DNA from: Haplodiscus bocki | Lineage: Eukaryota | Direction: 5' to 3' | DNA length: 64,000 bases | Assembly (NCBI GenBank): GCA_965655095.1 | Contig: OZ296648.1 | Coordinates: 195,672,001 to 195,736,000 of the forward strand | In this document: positions 1-11,310 of the stretch, piece after piece | Numbering within the stretch: the stretch's first letter is position 1 | Layout of the letters: every line of letters starts with the position of its first letter | Position numbers and translations under genes: made by a program | The notes under the pieces: generated by a model | What the model saw: the letters and a program-made list of their open reading frames with translations, nothing else | Databases searched by the model: none | Told to the model about the DNA's origin: nothing

Positions 1-119
1 ATTGCAAATTTAATTTTTTTACTTTAGAGATAATTGTTCAATTTTATGCTCTCTGTTGTTTTCTGAAACTTTGAATGAGCCTATTTACATAGAATCAAGC
101 AAATAATTGTCAATTCGTT

Positions 120-934
120 AGATAAAATATCGGCAGGCGTAATAATATATCCTCTGGTGTAATTAAAATCCGCATGCGTATTAAATTATCTGCGGCCTCC
201 TCCCAAAAAAATCTTCCTCCATCCTGCCCGTTTCGAATCCAGCTGACACATTTCGTTTTCTCCCGCTCAATTTCTGTTCACTTACTTTTACTGGACCCCC
301 AATTCAAACAAAACATTTTTCGATACACAAAACTCAAGAAAGAATGGAGTAAACCTTGTCTGCAGACATCGGGGTATCATAATACATCGGAGTATATGAT
401 ACAATGGGGTAATTTAGTATATTGAGCCATTTCGGGCTCCTAGTCTCACAGTACCGAAAACATCAAACCTTAACTTGGGGTGAACCATATTTCAATGTAT
501 TGAGGTAATTTACCCTATCTTAATGCATTGGGGTATCTCAATACAGTAGGCTATCTCGGGCACCTAGTCTCACAGTACCGAGGAGCCCCAACTTGAGGTG
601 AATCTTATCCTGATACATTGAGGTAGTTTACCTTATTCTATTACATTGGCGTATCCTAATACAGTGGGGTATCCTAATACCTTGGGGTTTTTTACTTCAT
701 TGGGCTACCTCGGGCACCCATTTAGAAAAATCTCACAATGCCCAAAAAAGTTTCACAGTGCCGAAGAACCCTACCTTAAAACAACAACCCACCCATTAAG
801 ATCGGAACAAGGAATGGTTTTCCACCCGAAAACCCCGGTTTTGGCTCCAATGGACTCACGGACCGCTATAGTTCATCATATTGCATGCGGATCTTTCACA
901 CACACCCGTCTGATCAGTTCACGCTTTTATTTTT
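120..934. mobile_element. Terminal inverted repeat (one end) of a third, divergent Maverick/Polinton family; body extends left, out of the window
   Basis: 905-934 CCCGTCTGATCAG-N6-CTTTTATTTTT has the same motif and spacing as the terminus of the bounded Maverick (13274-13303 CCCGTCTGATCAG-N6-CTTCTACTACT). CACAGTGCCGAA at ~754 also occurs in that TIR (~13055). Degenerate GGGGTATC/AATACA repeats at 360-720. The inner boundary is approximate. Confidence 0.6.
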
Positions 935-3300
935 CCAGTTTCATCGTCAAGCAGTTTTTTGATTTTCTCAAGTTTTGTACTTCCGTCTTGTCTATCATAT
1001 CATCGTTTAAAATTTTTTTTTCACAATGTCTATTACTTTTTAATAGGAAGCATTCATCCTTAATTAGTAAAAAACTTTTTCATTTTTCGTTCCCGCTTTA
1101 GCTCTTTTATCTGCGTTAAGTTTGATATATAACGCTAGCCATGGTGACTACATAAATTGATAAACGCTGTGTACTTTTGTAACTTTCAATCTATGCTTTA
1201 CATGAAATTGCAAATCTTTCTTTTGCTAAGAAAATTTTTTTTGTTTGTTTGGTCCCTGACCAGTTTTTAACTGGGTTTATATGTTGCTGTTTTAGGTTCT
1301 ATCATATACTCCGAAAATTCTTTCAGTTTGATTGTTCTTTATTCGGACAAAATGTAAATTGTTTAGATTTTCTAATTTTCTAATTTATCTTTTATTAATT
1401 GTCCATGTTTATGGTCATCTTTAGTGTCTGGAATTGATCTTAATAAAATGTTTTGGCTTCCTTCAGTGACTTCAGTTTCAACGAAGTTTCCTGTTGGTAA
1501 GTATTGGCACAAACCTACTCCTTAAAACTTAATAATAACCTTTGTTGTCTTTGACTTGTATCACTCCGTTTTAAATAACGACTTCCCTTTGCGGTTCGAT
1601 GGTCACATTAAGTTGGTTTCTACTAACACTCTGAGCCTGAGCTCGGTTATTTTAATACAATTCTAACACAGTATTTTTTGGACCGGCTTTCTATGTGAAA
1701 CTAGTTCTAATAAAAGATTAAAGTGGATTAATACCCTATGCGAATTTCCATGCATGTAAAAAATTTTGAAAAGTATCTCTTAATATTATTACATCGTTGT
1801 TCCGATGTATCATTGCTTGTTCTTTTCCGTTGGTTAGATATATTTTTAAATTATAGTCTGTGTCCGTGTTTTTTCTTCATCATCTGGAGTAGATTGTTTC
1901 GAAGATGAGCAGATATCTTTTCTTTCCAAATTGAATCGTTCACAAAACATTTCAATAATTTGAAATTTATCAAAAGTTGGGCTGTTTCCTTTTAAAGTAG
2001 CTCAATTCTAATTCCATTTGCATTCACAGTTGGAAATGATGTTATTGTTGTGGACAAATCATCTCAATTAGCAATCAAAGTTGCATAACAACCCAAGATC
2101 TTTAAAGAACCTATTTTAAAAGATATACAATTTCCTGATGATTTTGCTGTACTACTGTTGACTTTTGTCCCAGTACTTCATTTTGTTGCAATTTGGAATG
2201 TTTTTGCAGAAACTGGATGACAATCATATCCAAAAAAATTCTGGAAAATTATTAGTACAAAGCAAGCATGTTTGTTTCGTGCTTTTAATTTCTATTTATT
2301 ACAGGCTAATCCTCCCAACTTGCTTGTCAATTGACATTGATCCTGAAGAAAAGGATTTTTCTTTCGTCTTCATTTTCAATTTCAGTTGCACATGTCCAAC
2401 AATTTTTTTCATTATTGTCACATTGAACTATTGTATCTTAAATTGCCTAAAAATCACTTTCAAAATCATGCTTCGTGTAAAGTATCAACTTCTAACAAAC
2501 CATTCAACACAGGCTTCTCCAATTCTTTCATTTTATTCATGTTTTTCCAGTTTTAAGTTATCATATTTTGGACTTTTTACTATGTTGAAACCTACCACCA
2601 CTGGTTTGTTAGAAACAATGTTTTTTTGATGTGAGTCGTTTACTGGTATGTTCATACATTCAAAATGGGGATCATTTCATTTTGACCGGTCCTATATCTT
2701 GCACCAATTTGTATGTTTATTCTTTTTATCTGGATTCATCTTTGCTATGTTAGAACTTTCTTGTTCAATACATCATGTCGTATAGTTTTCAAGTTGAAAA
2801 TGATCCCCATATATATTCTGATATCTTCTACATAGATGCATAAACATTTTTTTCTCCTACAAACGATATGCAAGGTAGTTAAAAAAATAGATTTTGTGAA
2901 ACAGTAGATCAGTTTGTTTTTCGTAATATTTTAGTTGAAGCACTTTGGTAACAAATCGTGAATTGATGTTAATTCAAAAACAATCATACTCATGTTTTTT
3001 AGTTTTTCAAATTTTGGAAGATGTTTTTACTTTCATTGGGAATTGCATGTTTACTAAATCATGTTCTTTAAATTGTTTTTTATAAAGTGATACTTGCTTA
3101 AGGTGTGTTTCTACTTTATGTACATCGGCTAAAATATACCACAAGGACAATTTCTATCATCTGTTTTTTTGAATTGCACAAAAGATTTCAAATTACAATA
3201 TAGGTTTGGTAAATTTCAATAAATAGACGGTCCTTTATCATGGTATGTGGAAAAGTTATTGATTTTTTAAATACAGTGGAAAACACAAGCAACTTTTCCC
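935..3300 (-). pseudogene. Heavily decayed Maverick/Polinton protein-primed DNA polymerase B (pPolB)
   Basis: Manual minus-strand translation gives collinear pPolB-like motifs: VLIIFQNFFGYDCH (~2216-2258, ExoII HNxxGYDxH), CISFKIGSLKIL (~2100-2130), NNDVIILRDTFQNF...GINPL*SFIRTSFT*KAG (~1685-1805), WLALYIKLNADKRAKAGTKNEKVF (~1073-1141, just upstream of KxxxNS motif B). Many stops and frameshifts; 5' boundary approximate. Confidence 0.8.
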
Positions 3301-3515
3301 TCTTTACGGATTTTAACATCAAACTATTTTTTTCAATGATTAGGTCGTATAAGTTTCTATAAAAGTTTGGTTTTTCAAAATAAGCAACGTATTCTCCATT
3401 TTCACCTCGAACAGTTTTTACTTTGCAAAACTATTCATTTTCGAATCAATGAAATTATTGCAAACAATCTTCAAACGTTTTGTCAACTATGCTATCCACT
3501 TGGTAAGCACCCGGA

Positions 3516-3966
3516 AATAGTAGAAGGCGAAGCTGATCAGACGGGGGCCGGTAGACCCTCCATGTATTAAGATGGGCTATAGCAGCCGTCTAGTGGCCGG
3601 GGCCGAGAAGGGTCTACTAGCCATGTTTTAAGGTAGGGTGTGTTTCGGCAATTTAATAAGATACGGGATAGGGTATCAATGTTTTGAGATAGGGTATAGG
3701 TTCGGCAACGCAAGATAGGTTCTTCAATGTACTAAGATAGGACGGCAAAAGATTAGGAAAGTGTTTTTGGTGATGTATAAGGATATGAAACGGTGTCGCA
3801 GTGTATTAAGGTATGGAATAGGGTATTTTTGGCACTGTGCGACAATTTTCGGCACTGCGATGTTTTTTTGAATTTTTTTTCGACTTTTTGGCCCACCTGT
3901 GCCCGCCCCGGATACTTATCCCGCCGCCGGATATTTTTTCTGCCGCCGCGTATTTTATGCGCCGTC
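3516..3966 (+). repeat. Left TIR of the Maverick (~450 bp)
   Basis: Reverse complement of 12960-13303, e.g. GTAGACCCTCCATGTATTAAGATGGGC vs GCCCATCTTAATACATGGAGGGTCTAC and GCCGCCGCGTATTTTATGCGCCGTCA vs TGACGGCGTATAAAATATGCGGCGGC. Contains short GATAGGG(TA) repeats. Confidence 0.9.
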
Positions 3967-4237
3967 ATTTTTCAAACTTTTCTTCAACTGACATCACGCT
4001 ATTTTACAATCAACACAGTGCAATTTTCAGTCTCCAACAACAGAACACAGTGGACTTCGGACTTTGGTTTTTATTCAGTAGTTTTGAGCGTGAAAGTTCT
4101 AGAAGAAAACCTTACAATCAGCTCCCTGGAAATTAGGCCGGCATGTTGATCTTTGTTGCTGTCCCAAAGACAAGAGTTTTTGGACAATCACCTGCCTCTA
4201 GTTCCCAACAACTGCAAAACAACAAGGAACATTTGAA

Positions 4238-4627
4238 ATGAGACAAGAAGTACTCTCCAGCGTTGGAGCACATGATACCAACACGAGGGGCTTCGAGCTT
4301 CACGATCTAGAAGAGATTCAATTCAGTTGGGAAGAAACTGCACTGGATATGGACAATGTTTATCGACCTGGAATTGATACCCCGTTTTCCCCATCCACCT
4401 TTGACGACTTTCAGATGGGATCAACTGCTGTCAACCCAATAATAGTTGACGCTGAGGAAGTCAAGAAGAATTCAGCTTCAACGACAACAACAACAACAGA
4501 GTGTGAGCGTTCAACCAAACCCCCTAGATTACTGAAAAATTGTCCATTCGGGACTCGCATAGAAAATTTGCGTGACTCCGTTTACAGAAACTGTATTTCG
4601 TTAGGTTTTGTATGTGTCCGTATTTGA
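4238..4627 (+). CDS. Maverick accessory ORF, acidic and Thr-rich, function unknown
   Basis: 129-aa ATG ORF with protein-like composition just inside the left TIR, followed by AATAAA at ~4654. Confidence 0.4.
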   Translation: MRQEVLSSVGAHDTNTRGFELHDLEEIQFSWEETALDMDNVYRPGIDTPFSPSTFDDFQMGSTAVNPIIVDAEEVKKNSASTTTTTTECERSTKPPRLLKNCPFGTRIENLRDSVYRNCISLGFVCVRI

Positions 4628-5706
4628 TACATTCTATGTGTTTTTTATTTACAAATAAACGAATTCTTTTTTTTCCATTTTCATCAAAAGTTTTGAAAAA
4701 CTAGTCAGATATGTTTGAGATCAAAACAGTTCCAGCAACCATTTGCTTAATCTTCCTTGTAACAGCTAGTTTCTGCAAACATCAACTGTGACAAAAAAAT
4801 TTGTTTGTTATAAAGATTTTATTTTAAAAGATAACAAATTACTATCAAAGTTACCATGACTATCAAATAAACAATCCACAGACTTTATTAGTTCCAACTC
4901 GGTTTTGGTCTTTTTGGATTTTTTAATTTGTTCTGCAAACACTTCGTTGATTTGTTCTTTCAGAGAGCACTCAAAAAACAAAAACGCCGTTTAAACTTTC
5001 TCAAGGGCCTCTTTTTTGCAATACTCGGCAATTTGTCCACTCCTCTGTTTCTTTGGTTAAAAGAGATTGCTCTCTGCACATTGTCAAACACATTTCCACT
5101 CTCTGCAATAAATTGTCCGGTGCATCGGTACTTGAACAGGGTATAAAGACAGTCCACGAGTTCATAGGTGAAACAAAATATGTCCAATTTATGTAGCAAC
5201 TCCTCAATTTCTCCAATTAGTTTAAAATGTTATTTACAAACGGGTACAAAACACGTCTTGTCGTCATGATGTGTGATGCAGTAGTCTTTACAAACAATGT
5301 ATTTTTCATATGTGTTTGCAGAAATAAAGAGACTTCCCTCTGAAATATTTGCGTAAATGCTGGGGATTGCTTGTAACATAATGGGTGCCATCCATTGAAG
5401 TTCCCTTCAGCTGCGAAAAAACTTGACAAAAGGAGTCTGAAAACAATAAACTTTTAAATTACAAAACTTTTTACCTGATATGGAAATTATCTACATATAC
5501 GGAAATGTGCTTGTCATGCATTCCGTAAAGACTGAATTGGTAGGAATATTCCATAAATGGAAAAGTTCTCATAAAAAGAAATCATGACTAATCAGATTGA
5601 CTATAAATACCAGTTTGTGTTCACCAAAAATTATTTTTCCACTCTTTTCCTCAGAATAAATTTGTTCTTCTTCTCACTTCTCCAAACAACAAAATTGAAT
5701 CTGAAT

Positions 5707-6300
5707 TGGACTTCAACACTACAGCAACCTTGCACAAACTGGCTGCATCGACTATGTGGACTTTGGTAAATAACAAGACAGATTTGGACGAGTTTTTTGG
5801 TCCAAAAAGTCTTTTTCGACTACTTGGACGTGAAACTCAAAGTTTTCAAGGAGGATGAGAACAAAGAGTTCCAATTGGTACAAAACTTGACATTGGGAGG
5901 GCCAGATTTTAAACAGTGTTTTCGACTGAGGAATCAGCTGGTTGTTGCAGTCTGAGACATTAGCAAAAAGGAAAGTTTGCCCTCTGAGCAAGTGAAACCA
6001 CTGGCAAAAGACATGGATGAGCAGCTCAAACATGCGCACAAAGTTGTAAAAGTTGTTGATTGACCACACAGAAAGATTTGCGAGGCGTTTTTGCGCTACA
6101 ATGTGGATAAGCCAGAGACTTCATTTGCTCAGGTTCCAAAGTTTGGAAGAAGAAATGAGGAAGGAAAACTCAATCAAATTGTATATGTGAACTAAATAAT
6201 TAATGAATTTCTCTTTTTACTTAATGTATTGAATTCTGTATATGATAAAGTTATCGCTAACGAACGTCTTTGTACTGTTTATATCAAGCAATTGCAACTG
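5707..6300 (+). pseudogene. Maverick accessory gene, possibly PC4-like ssDNA-binding protein (disrupted)
   Basis: Reconstructed DYVDFGK*QDRFGRVFWSK / DYLDVKLKVFKEDENKEFQLVQNLTLGGPDFKQCFRLRNQLVVAV fits a beta-strand-then-helix PC4-like pattern. Contains stops and frameshifts. The fold is inferred. Confidence 0.4.
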
Positions 6301-6935
6301 TTTACTCCTTACTATCAAATTTTTTCTATTTGAGTCAGAATGAGTTGGAACAATGGAGAAAACGGAAACCTATTTCTTGAATTGGAATCAAAGTTGGGAC
6401 TAAATCTTGTTGTACTAACAACACCAAAAACTTCTACCGAAAGAAATACTTTACCCTTAGTTGAAATGAAAGTTGCCTGAAATTGAAAAAGTGGATTCCA
6501 GGAAGTAAAAATCTTGCCCAAAATGGACAATATACAATGGTAGGAGAAAAGTTTGCATAAGTTTCAAGACTGATATGGACAAGTTGAATATTGCGTTTTA
6601 ACGTTACCAAAACAAAACATACGTCAAGGACACTGAGAGGGAGCTAAAATTGACTGAATATGACAAACTCTTGTCTGAGTGAGTTTATCTATTGAGCTAG
6701 ATTGACGTAATATTTAACCTGTGCATTGTATTGGATGAAACAACTATTCATATTTAAAGTAAATTTTATCAAGAATGGATGTTATATTTCTAGTGAAATT
6801 GTTTCCGACTTTACATCAAAGTGAAATCTAGTTTTTGTAACAATTTTGCTTGAAAAAATCTAAACGCCTGTTATTGTTGGGACGGGACAGTTTCTTTAAG
6901 GGAGGTGGATGGCAAAGTTTTGCACGGTGGAATGA

Positions 6936-7176
6936 TTGGTTATGGAGACTTGTACTTGGACTCTATTTTGTTACTCCAAAGTAATCATACTGCATGCCTT
7001 ATTACACGATGCTGCTGGAGCAGTTCGATTACAAACCGGTAAAGGACCGGGCTACTGCTATATGATTTGTCGAGGTCCAAACTGTTGTCTGCCTGGTCAC
7101 GTGACTGGAATTTTATTTTGTCTTTACGTAAATATCAGTCTACCATCTATTTTCATTTTAACCGACTTTTTCAACA
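6936..7176 (+). pseudogene. Small Cys/His-rich Maverick accessory protein fragment
   Basis: LHALLHDAAGAVRLQTGKGPGYCYMICRGPNCCLPGHVTGILFCL; reads in frame into the next gene. Confidence 0.4.
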
Positions 7177-7178
7177 GT

Positions 7179-7651
7179 ATGTCCTTGATTGTTCTAGATT
7201 TAGAGCTGACTGAGGAAAACATAGTTAGAGAATTGGGACCTTCTATTATTGGTTCTCTACAAGGATTTTCATTTTGTCCACCAAAGACTTTTAAACCTAA
7301 TAAACAGACTACATGGAACACAAAACATCTACATGGAATTGCGTGGAGTAGTGGAAAGCTAGATTATGATAAACTCTTTGCTTTCTTTTACGCCAAAAAA
7401 AAATAACGAATGCAGAAGTGTTTGCTAATGGACTCGAAAAATGTAGACTTTCGGCCCGACTTCTAGGGCAAAATGTAGAAAAATTGGATGACAATGGTTG
7501 CCCAAAAATTCAAGACCTTGTTATGGAAGGAGAAACGCAGAGTTCGTGGATCTGCTCTAGATACCCTTTCTGACACAAAACAAGGCTTCACTGTGCCGAG
7601 AGGAAAGCAAAAGTGTATGGACAATGGGCTATGCAACATTTAAAATCGTAA
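7179..7651 (+). pseudogene. Maverick accessory protein, DEDD/DnaQ-like exonuclease fold (frameshifted)
   Basis: MSLIVLDLELTEENIVRELG (DxE ExoI-like) ... KHLHGIAWSSGKLDY ... HCAERKA (final H motif). Frameshift at the A-run ~7395-7403 and an in-frame stop at ~7571. Confidence 0.5.
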
Positions 7652-8014
7652 ATTTTGTACGTGTTTTTTGGATTTGTGTTTACTACTATTTTAGTTCTTT
7701 CAACTCGACATGATCTTTTTCTATTGCATTCATATTAAGAATTTTGAGTGATCAAAACTATATGGTTGATCACACTGAAAATATCAATTTTGAGAAAATT
7801 GTCTTCGACGATCAAAGCGTTGAAAGGAGCTCCTGGTCTTGTTTGGGACAAACCTGTTCTAGGTCTTTATTTGTGTTTTTGTCCCAGTTCTTTGTAAAAT
7901 TTTTGATTATATGCGGTTGCGTTTGGCCAAGAGCTGTGACGAAGCTACAGTCTAGCTAGGAACCTTGTGCAGCGCAGCAGGATACATTTTACCTTCGCCA
8001 AAGTTATTGACAAT

Positions 8015-8731
8015 CTAATTTCTACAGAAAACCGCATTTTTTATATCTGGTTGGGTCGAGCGATTCTGCAAAACGTACTTGATACATGAGTAATTGAAGG
8101 TTGGAGCATTTCCACCCAAGTTTAAAAAAATTATTTTCGCTATCAACACCCTCAACCACTCTGTGATGTCATGTAAAATGAAATTGATAATCTTGAGTTT
8201 ATTCAAGGTGTGAAATTTGTGTTTATCAACTCTTTGAAAAATAACGGTACCAAGTATCTGCTTATCTTTGATGACTCATGTGCAGAAACTTGCAACTCTA
8301 AGGAGTTTGTGGACTTTGCTACCGCTGGCAGACATCGCGGATTCTGTACTATAAACCTTAAACACATCTTATTCCACCAAAGTGAACTAGGAAGTAATGT
8401 TGAGCTGCAAAGCACACACATTATTCCCTTCAAATCACCTCGAGATGTGCATCAAGTTGCTACATTAAGTGTACAGCTAACATTGGCATCAACTCTTGTT
8501 GATTGGCATCGGGATGCAACGTTTGTACCTTTTGGTCATTTATTGATTCATTTGTCTCCGCGAACAGACGATCGGTTACGCAACTGCACAAATAGCGGAA
8601 GTATTCTTTCAAAGTTTTTTGTACCGCACAACTTGAAGCATTTTCAACATTTGGACTATGAAAACACTAAATCTCTCTGTTATCCACGCATTCCAACACT
8701 TTTCCCTGGCTTGCAAATTTCAGTTTCTTAA
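8015..8731 (+). pseudogene. Maverick A32/FtsK-HerA-like packaging ATPase (disrupted)
   Basis: Degenerate Walker A LVGSSDSAK (~8048-8074, out of frame), Walker B YLLIFDD, AGRHR arginine-finger motif, LQSTHIIPFKSPRDVHQV and PFGHLLIHLSPRT in ORF 8210-8731. Confidence 0.88.
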
Positions 8732-9360
8732 AACTTGTCCAAAGAAAATTATCTGACTTCTCGGCGAGTGCATCGTCAACCTACTGCAAGGAAACTTGTC
8801 AGAAGTAAAAAGAAGTTACGTGTTAAAGTACACAGACAAATTTCACGAACTGTATCTGAAAAGGACAACTTGGAAGCAACGAATAAGTCGACTTTCGTCA
8901 TAAAATGTTTTTTGCTCATGAAGACAATTTCCCCCTTCGTCATTAATCATTCGCCTTGATATGGAACAGTCTTTTCCAGTCCATCTTTCTGTCTACAACA
9001 GCAGCAAAAACCCAATCATTGTCACAAAACAAGAACTACCAAAAAACAAACCTGAGCAAACTACCAGGCAACACTAAGATACGTTGAAAAGCAATTTAAC
9101 CAATAGCTTAACACAAGTGCTTCCCCTCTAATGAACAAAATTTCAGAGTCTTCTCGCATCAAAGTATCATTTTGCAACACTTTGATTCTAGATGCAATAG
9201 AGACCCATGTGCTGCTAAAGGACTTTGTATTGCGTTTGAAGCGCAAAAAGGTACCCTGCTTGATATTTACTTTACTTTACTTGACGCTGCAAGCATCACT
9301 CTCGACTTTGCTGTCAACAGTCATGCCCAGGGTGAACAAACAGGACAAGAGCTTGGATCC

Positions 9361-10264
9361 CTTTCAAAATCTGAACAAAAAAAGTTGCTGACACTTTACA
9401 AGCAAGGATTTGCAGCATATGGTTTTGTGCGCAATTTGGCAAAAGCGGCGAAACTCTCTCCGTCAAAGATCAGAGAGTTTTTACAGTCAAAGACTTCATA
9501 TAATAGGTTCACACAAGCAACACACAAATTCGAAATAATGAGAGCTTTTGCGAGATTCAAAGATGAAATTTGGTGGATGGATCTAGCATATGTTGATAAA
9601 TTGGCAAACGACAAAAATGGTCTAAAACATCTACTAGTTCGGCAGGACTTGCTTGATAGAACAGTAGATGAAAAGGGAATGAAGACAAAGATTCGAAGGA
9701 AGCAGTCAATACATTTTCAAAAATGATTACCGGAAAGAATAAATCAAAAAAAACTTGAGTAGATCAGGGGACAGAATTTGCTGGAGAGTTCAAGTACTTT
9801 TGCAGCGCTGAATGAAAAGAGTTTTACTCTACATTGACGGAGACGAAAGTAGCATTTGCAAAACGTACAATACGCTCATTCAAAAACTTTTTGTATCGCT
9901 ACATGCAGTATTATGGGTACAAGTACATTCAATAAATAACTCATTTTATTGTAACAGTGATTTCAGGAAATATTCGTAGCATAGACATGAAACCCAACAC
10001 CGTCAAAAACTCCGACCTTAAGTCAAAACTTTACAGTAAACCTTTCTGAGATTACAAACAGCCCAAATTTGAAATTGGAGATAGAGTCGCATTTCCAAGT
10101 ATCATTTACCCTTCAGGAAAGGTTATAAACCACAATTTACGCAAGAAGTTTCTGAAATTGTTGCCATTGCCACTAAAAAACCTCCAACATATACAATCAA
10201 AGACGAACAAGAAGAAGTTATACGTAGGAACTTCTACGAGAAGGAACTAGTTAGAGTCATTTGA
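9361..10264 (+). pseudogene. Maverick retroviral-like DDE integrase (disrupted)
   Basis: EIWWMDLAYVDKLA...KHLLVRQDLLDR, then after a frameshift *VDQGTEFAGEF (~9756-9790), ETKVAFAKRTIRSFK, and C-terminal FRKGYKPQFTQEV...PPTYTIKDEQEEVIRRNFYEKELVRVI. Confidence 0.92.
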
Positions 10265-10266
10265 GC

Positions 10267-11057
10267 ATGGATTCGCTTACAATCTAGTTAGTTTCCAACG
10301 CGTAGTCACAGCTCTTTCCAAACAACATGCTCAGTTCATGTACAAATTTCTTGCCAGAGCAAGTGAATTTGGACGGACAATGGGAGGTAGAAATTTCCGA
10401 GATTTCTTACCCGTCAATGTACCAAAACATCACAGAGGGGAAATTTATGTTTTCCAATGAGAAACTCTCCAAAACAACAGAGGCTTACTATCTCGAACAT
10501 GGACTGTATTCCTCCATAACTGACACTGTGAAAGCTATGAATACTATCATACAAGAAAGAAACAACTACAGAGACACTTGAATCACAATCAAAGTTAGCA
10601 GGGTAAAGTAAATGTGTATGTGGCGAAAGAGGAATCGAGTCTAGCATTTTTTAGTACTGACTTGGGACAAATATTTGGAGGAGATGTGAGAAATGTTTTG
10701 GGAATACTCATGCGTGGGAAAAGTCAGCATGAACCAAAATTTGCTTACGATACTGTTCGCATCCATTCACTCATGATTTATACTGACATTGTAGAGTAAA
10801 AATTTGTTTGGAGACAAAATGGCGCCTTCGCTCTGTTGCTTTCCATTCATATCCCAACTCAAATCTGGTGACATGATAACTACTGGACATTACATGAACC
10901 ATCAGACTTTTAGCAATCTTCAGTTTAGACAATTGTTGAAAAACCCTTTTGACACTATACACATTGAACGTCTGGTGAGAAGATTCTCTTTGTCTCGGTG
11001 GGAATAGCTCGGTTTGTTCTTATGTTTAGAAAACTTTCCGACATTCATTTGTATTAA
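10267..11057 (+). pseudogene. Maverick minor capsid (penton-like) protein (disrupted)
   Basis: MDSLTI*LVSNA*SQLFPNNMLSSCTNFLPEQVNLDGQWEVEISEISYPS ... LMIYTDIVE...GDKMAPSL are typical Polinton minor-capsid motifs. Several stops. Confidence 0.85.
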
Positions 11058-11071
11058 AATTGGTGTTAAAA

Positions 11072-11310
11072 ATGGTTGCGTCAAACACTCTTGAACTTCC
11101 CTATTTTAAAAGTATTGGACAACAAAAAAGGCGTGGTTTTTTAAAGCTCTTGCGCAAGTTTTTGGGAGAACCGCCATTTCTTTCTTAGGAAAAATTGTCG
11201 TCCCAGCTGCAAAACGCGTGGGTGCTGATTTGGTGGAATTTGCAGTGCCAGAGGTAGCTGATGTTGTTAGCGGTAAAAAAACTTCAAAACTGCTGCCAAA
11301 AGCGTAGGAA
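11072..11310 (+). pseudogene. Small basic virion core-like protein (PZ/pVII-like), truncated
   Basis: MVASNTLELPYFKSIGQQKRRGF... LAQVFGRTAISFLGKIVVPAAKRVGADLVEFAVPE lies between the minor and major capsid genes and carries a degenerate QRGxG adenain-type cleavage site. Confidence 0.55.

Noticed and set aside
360-720. CRISPR-like repeat/spacer array
   Set aside because: The repeats are degenerate and irregularly spaced, lack unique spacers and have no cas genes nearby. They are better explained as TIR-internal repeats in a eukaryotic genome.
3753-4149. ORFs overlapping the TIRs (also 12806-13394 and 646-1101)
   Set aside because: They lie in GC-richer terminal repeats, are mirrored at the other end in the bounded element, and have no protein motifs.
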